Shown: piece by piece, positions 60,764-64,000 of the stretch | Layout of the letters: every line of letters starts with the position of its first letter | Position numbering within the stretch: position 1 is the stretch's first letter | Assembly: GCA_965369865.1 (NCBI GenBank) | Contig: CBDURU010000002.1 | Span: forward strand, 3,838 to 67,837 | DNA from: an uncultured bacterium | Lineage (GTDB): Bacteria; JAJVIF01; JAPKYR01 | Direction: 5' to 3' | Length of the DNA: 64,000 bases | Made by a program: the position numbers and the translations under genes | The notes under the pieces: generated by a model | What the model saw: only the letters and a program-made list of their open reading frames with translations | What the model was told of the DNA's origin: nothing | Databases searched by the model: none

Positions 60764-61243
60764 ATGGATGAACGCGTTCGAAAAGCAATTTTCCCTCACC
60801 GGCTTACTGCAGGCCTGGGTATGGTGCTGCTTGCAATCGTATGGGCTTTCGGGTGGATCGTTGCTCCAACAAATATTTTTAATGAATCTGATTCAACACT
60901 GAAGCTGCTCCTGACAACTGTTGTACTCGGGTCCTGGAACCTGCTCTGTTGTGTGATCGCCGCCGGGTTTTTCCATGCAGCGAGTGTGAACCAGGCAAAA
61001 ACTTTCATGAAATATCGAACAGTAAGTCTAATGCTGCTGATCCTTGGAACCCTTGTCCTCTTTCCAGTGCCAATGATGTCCCAGGTTCTTGGAGATGGCG
61101 CCATCGGACGGGCAATGGCACTTCTGATTACGGGGATGTCATTTGCCGCGATCGCGTTCGGGAGAGCGCGGATAAATGCCATTTGCACTCGACTGATGGA
61201 ATTCACTGAAAGCGATGAAGGCGCGAGTTTGATTCCTTTCTAA
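60764..61243 (+). CDS. small polytopic membrane protein
   Basis: 4 predicted TMs. Confidence 0.4.
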   Translation: MDERVRKAIFPHRLTAGLGMVLLAIVWAFGWIVAPTNIFNESDSTLKLLLTTVVLGSWNLLCCVIAAGFFHAASVNQAKTFMKYRTVSLMLLILGTLVLFPVPMMSQVLGDGAIGRAMALLITGMSFAAIAFGRARINAICTRLMEFTESDEGASLIPF

Positions 61244-61421
61244 TACTCAGGCCAATCTTATTAATTGGAAAATTTATTGGGTATATCGACTCCCACCTCT
61301 CAGGGCGAGTTAATCAGTGCCCGTCCTTTCTGAATAATTTCGGTTGTATCTATTGCAGTTTGGTGCAGGCTTAGTTACAATTTCTCGTTTGGCGCTCCAT
61401 TTTCGGAGCGGAAGGTATGCT

Positions 61422-62132
61422 ATGGATATTTTAAAACTTGCGGCAGCACAAAGAGAAGAAACCGGGACCCGTCTATCCCGTAAACTCAGAGAGAATGGGT
61501 TTATCCCGGCCAGCCTTTACGCTGGTGGTGAGCAGCCTACACTACTCAAACTGGAAGCTAACAAGTGGGCGCGACACCTTACGGACCAGTTGAACCTGGT
61601 CAACATCGAAATCACGGGAGCCGGGAACCAGATGGCGGCAGTTCGTGAAATACAGCGTGATCCGTTATCCCAGGCTGTTATTCATGTTGATTTTTTCAAG
61701 ATTACAATGGATCAGGTCACCGAATTTAATGTACGCCTTACGTTCGAAGGCTCTCCAGTAGGTGTTAGTGAAGGCGGTGTAACTACTGTTGCGTCAGACT
61801 TCGTGGCAATCGAATGTCTTCCAACGGATGTTCCGGACACCATCAGCGTGGATATTTCGGAACTGGAAATCGGTCAAAGCATAAATGCCGGTGGTATAAA
61901 GTTACCTGAAGGCTTAAAACTTATTTCCGATCCTGGTATGACAATCGTCAGTATCACTACTATCCGGGTGGTTGAAGAAGAGAAGCCGGAAGAAGAAGTT
62001 GTTGAAGGTGAAGAGGTTGAGGTTGCTGAAGGCGAGGAAAAACCTGCCGAAGGTGATGAAAAAGCTCCTGAAGGTGATGACAAGAAACCATGGGAAAAAA
62101 AGGGCTTTAAGCATTCCGGCAGTAAAAATTGA
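61422..62132 (+). CDS. rplY: 50S ribosomal protein L25 / general stress protein Ctc
   Basis: MDILKLAAAQREETGTRLSRKLRENGFIPASLY. GGAAGG RBS. E/K-rich C-terminal extension. Confidence 0.85.
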   Translation: MDILKLAAAQREETGTRLSRKLRENGFIPASLYAGGEQPTLLKLEANKWARHLTDQLNLVNIEITGAGNQMAAVREIQRDPLSQAVIHVDFFKITMDQVTEFNVRLTFEGSPVGVSEGGVTTVASDFVAIECLPTDVPDTISVDISELEIGQSINAGGIKLPEGLKLISDPGMTIVSITTIRVVEEEKPEEEVVEGEEVEVAEGEEKPAEGDEKAPEGDDKKPWEKKGFKHSGSKN

Positions 62133-62307
62133 TATTCCACTCGTGTCGCGTATGTGACGAGAGTATAAATGACCAATCACTCGCGATCTCGAACGAGCTG
62201 GAGGTCATTACGGCGGAGTTATCAGTCCATACAAATTTACCCCCCCGGTTACAAAAGTCCGGGGTGTTTGAGGTTTTAGCGGAGTAAACACGTAAAAAAT
62301 TCTAATA

Positions 62308-62435
62308 CCAATCTTAGATTCAGGGACGCCATTCCATGCTTCCAGCGTTGAAGGTGTCCCGTGTAACTAAGAATTCATGGGGACACTTTCAACGCTGGAA
62401 GCATGGAAAAGCGTCCCCATGAATTCAAAGCGTCT
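62308..62435 (-). mobile_element. MITE-like nested-palindrome element, copy 3 (reverse orientation)
   Basis: Reverse complement of the 10756..10883 element. Ends 1 nt before the chosen pth ATG. Confidence 0.8.
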
Positions 62436-62436
62436 G

Positions 62437-63129
62437 ATGCAAGAGCCATTATCAAATATTGAACCGGAGAAAATCGACAGGATCATTGTCGGACTTGGAA
62501 ACCCCGGCCAGGAATACCATGGGACACGCCATAATCTGGGCTATCGTGCCCTGGACGAATTTCTTCGTACGCTCGAAATTAAAAGGGACTTCAAAGCGGG
62601 GAGGAAATCAAGGACCCAGCGCATCGAGGTTGGCGGGAGTAATGTTCTTCTCGTGCGTCCAACAACATTTATGAACCGTTCCGGCGACGCGTTAAAACCA
62701 CTTCTGCAAAATTATGAACTTGAAGTATCCGATGTGCTCGTAGTTCACGACGATATGGATATCTCCTGCGGTAAAGCAAAAATGAGACAGGGTGGCGGTG
62801 CTGCCGGGCACAAGGGAATAATCGACATATCCGAAAAATGCGGAGCAGGTTTCACGCGGATTAAGATCGGGATCGGCGTACCGGAAGCTCGCGATAATGA
62901 TTCAGATATTGACTGGGTCCTCGGAAAGCCAACAAAAGAAGAATGGGAGTCGCTCGAATCGGTGATGCCGGGAGTCGCGGAAGCCATGCGGATATGGATC
63001 GTGGACGGCACCGTTAAGGCAATGACCTGGCTCAATACTGTTATGAACGCGGAAGGTAAGGAAGAAAATACAGATAAGGAAAATGATGTGCCCGATTCAG
63101 TAAACGAATCAGAGTCTGATGAGCGGTAA
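62437..63129 (+). CDS. pth: peptidyl-tRNA hydrolase
   Basis: IIVGLGNPGQEYHGTRHNLGY. Conserved rplY-pth-mfd order. The start could instead be 62419 inside the repeat element. Confidence 0.85.
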   Translation: MQEPLSNIEPEKIDRIIVGLGNPGQEYHGTRHNLGYRALDEFLRTLEIKRDFKAGRKSRTQRIEVGGSNVLLVRPTTFMNRSGDALKPLLQNYELEVSDVLVVHDDMDISCGKAKMRQGGGAAGHKGIIDISEKCGAGFTRIKIGIGVPEARDNDSDIDWVLGKPTKEEWESLESVMPGVAEAMRIWIVDGTVKAMTWLNTVMNAEGKEENTDKENDVPDSVNESESDER

Positions 63130-64000
63130 ATCAAAAGGATTAATGGACGCCCTTACCGGGCACAGTGAGGTTGCCCGACTGCTTGAGTCTGTCGGACGCG
63201 GGGATGACTGTGTTTATGCAAAAGGACTTCGAGGCGCTTTAAAGGGAATCCTTGCGGTTCTAGCTCATGTCGAACGCAGGAATTCACCCACGCTTGTGGT
63301 TGCCCCGGATCCCGTAAGCGCGAGGGATATTTTCCAGGACACGTCGTTCATACTCGACCATCTCGAGCGTGAGTCAAGTGAGGAAGTGTTCCTTTTCGAA
63401 GACCTGAATCTTCTCGCACAGGATTTTCTTACCCTTGGAGAACTGGAGGTCATTTTCTACCGATACAGCGTGCTCGAGAAGTTGATAATCGGCGACCCGG
63501 TGCTGGTAATCGCCAGCCGGTCGTCGCTTGGAGTTCCACTGGTGGCGCCGGCACGTTATCGGGAGAAAATGATCGCGCTGAAACGCGGCGATTCGATCGA
63601 GGATAAGAACCTGCTTTTAAGGGCTTTATTCGATATCGGATACCGGCTTGTGAGCAGGGTACGGGAAGTCGGACAGGTCGCGGGCCGTGGCGGAATCATC
63701 GATATTTACCCGCCCGGGCGAAAACGCCCGGTGCGTATCGATCTTTTCGGAGATGAGGTCGACAGCCTTCGGGAATTTGACCCGGAAACGCAAAGATCGC
63801 TTGGCGAAGTGACCGATCTTCGGATCAGCCCTTGTTTCGAAGCTGAGCTATTAAGGGAGCAGGACCCGGAGGAATTGTTCGATGTGGAAGGCAACCTCCG
63901 GGATCCGAGCCGGTTTTTTGATGATCCCGTAAAATTCCGGGAATTTTCATCTGAGGAGAAGGATGAATTCCTCGCACGCGGATATTCGTATTTCGATAAG
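63118..64000 (+). CDS. mfd: transcription-repair coupling factor, N-terminal part (continues beyond window)
   Basis: ATG overlapping the pth stop. UvrB-homology N-domain (...IDIYPPGRKRPVRIDLFGDEVDSLREFDPETQRS). Open to the window end. Confidence 0.8.

Overview
Bacterial chromosomal window of about 50% GC, probably from an FCB-superphylum or candidate-phylum organism. It is dense in secreted lipoproteins and carries a GldA/GldF/GldG-type ABC cluster. Housekeeping genes include purC-purF, a tRNA, queG, elbB, an Rrf2 regulator with a ferredoxin-domain protein, acs, asnS, smpB, a GlcD-like FAD oxidase, an M50 protease, a family-4 UDG, rplY(ctc)-pth-mfd, and a MoxR-DUF58 operon. A second ABC system, a PilB/GspE ATPase and an orphan FlhB with a STAS protein are also present.

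The most striking accessory content is a strongly AT-rich (about 30% GC) insertion. It carries a single-gene OLD-family ATPase-TOPRIM nuclease next to a lone minimal MNT-type nucleotidyltransferase. A HEPN/wHTH-nucleotidyltransferase pair lies just across asnS.

Other unusual content:
- a 910-aa ankyrin-repeat lipoprotein
- a tandemly duplicated pair of DUF4139/MuiA-like secreted proteins separated by an array of five G/C-hairpin plus T-tract units in antisense orientation
- a compositionally atypical 388-aa ORF

The window carries at least three dispersed repeat families:
- (i) a 128-bp nested-palindrome MITE-like element with GGGGAC...GTCCCC termini in three copies, one abutting the pth start codon; related short 24-bp palindromes are triplicated in a divergent promoter
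- (ii) 25-bp-arm hairpins acting as intrinsic terminators
- (iii) a CACTAACGTTCGYGGTACTGATAC-core family forming 57-bp and 15-bp tandem arrays

No CRISPR array, integrase or transposase gene was seen. All functional calls rest on motif and family recognition by eye and need database confirmation.
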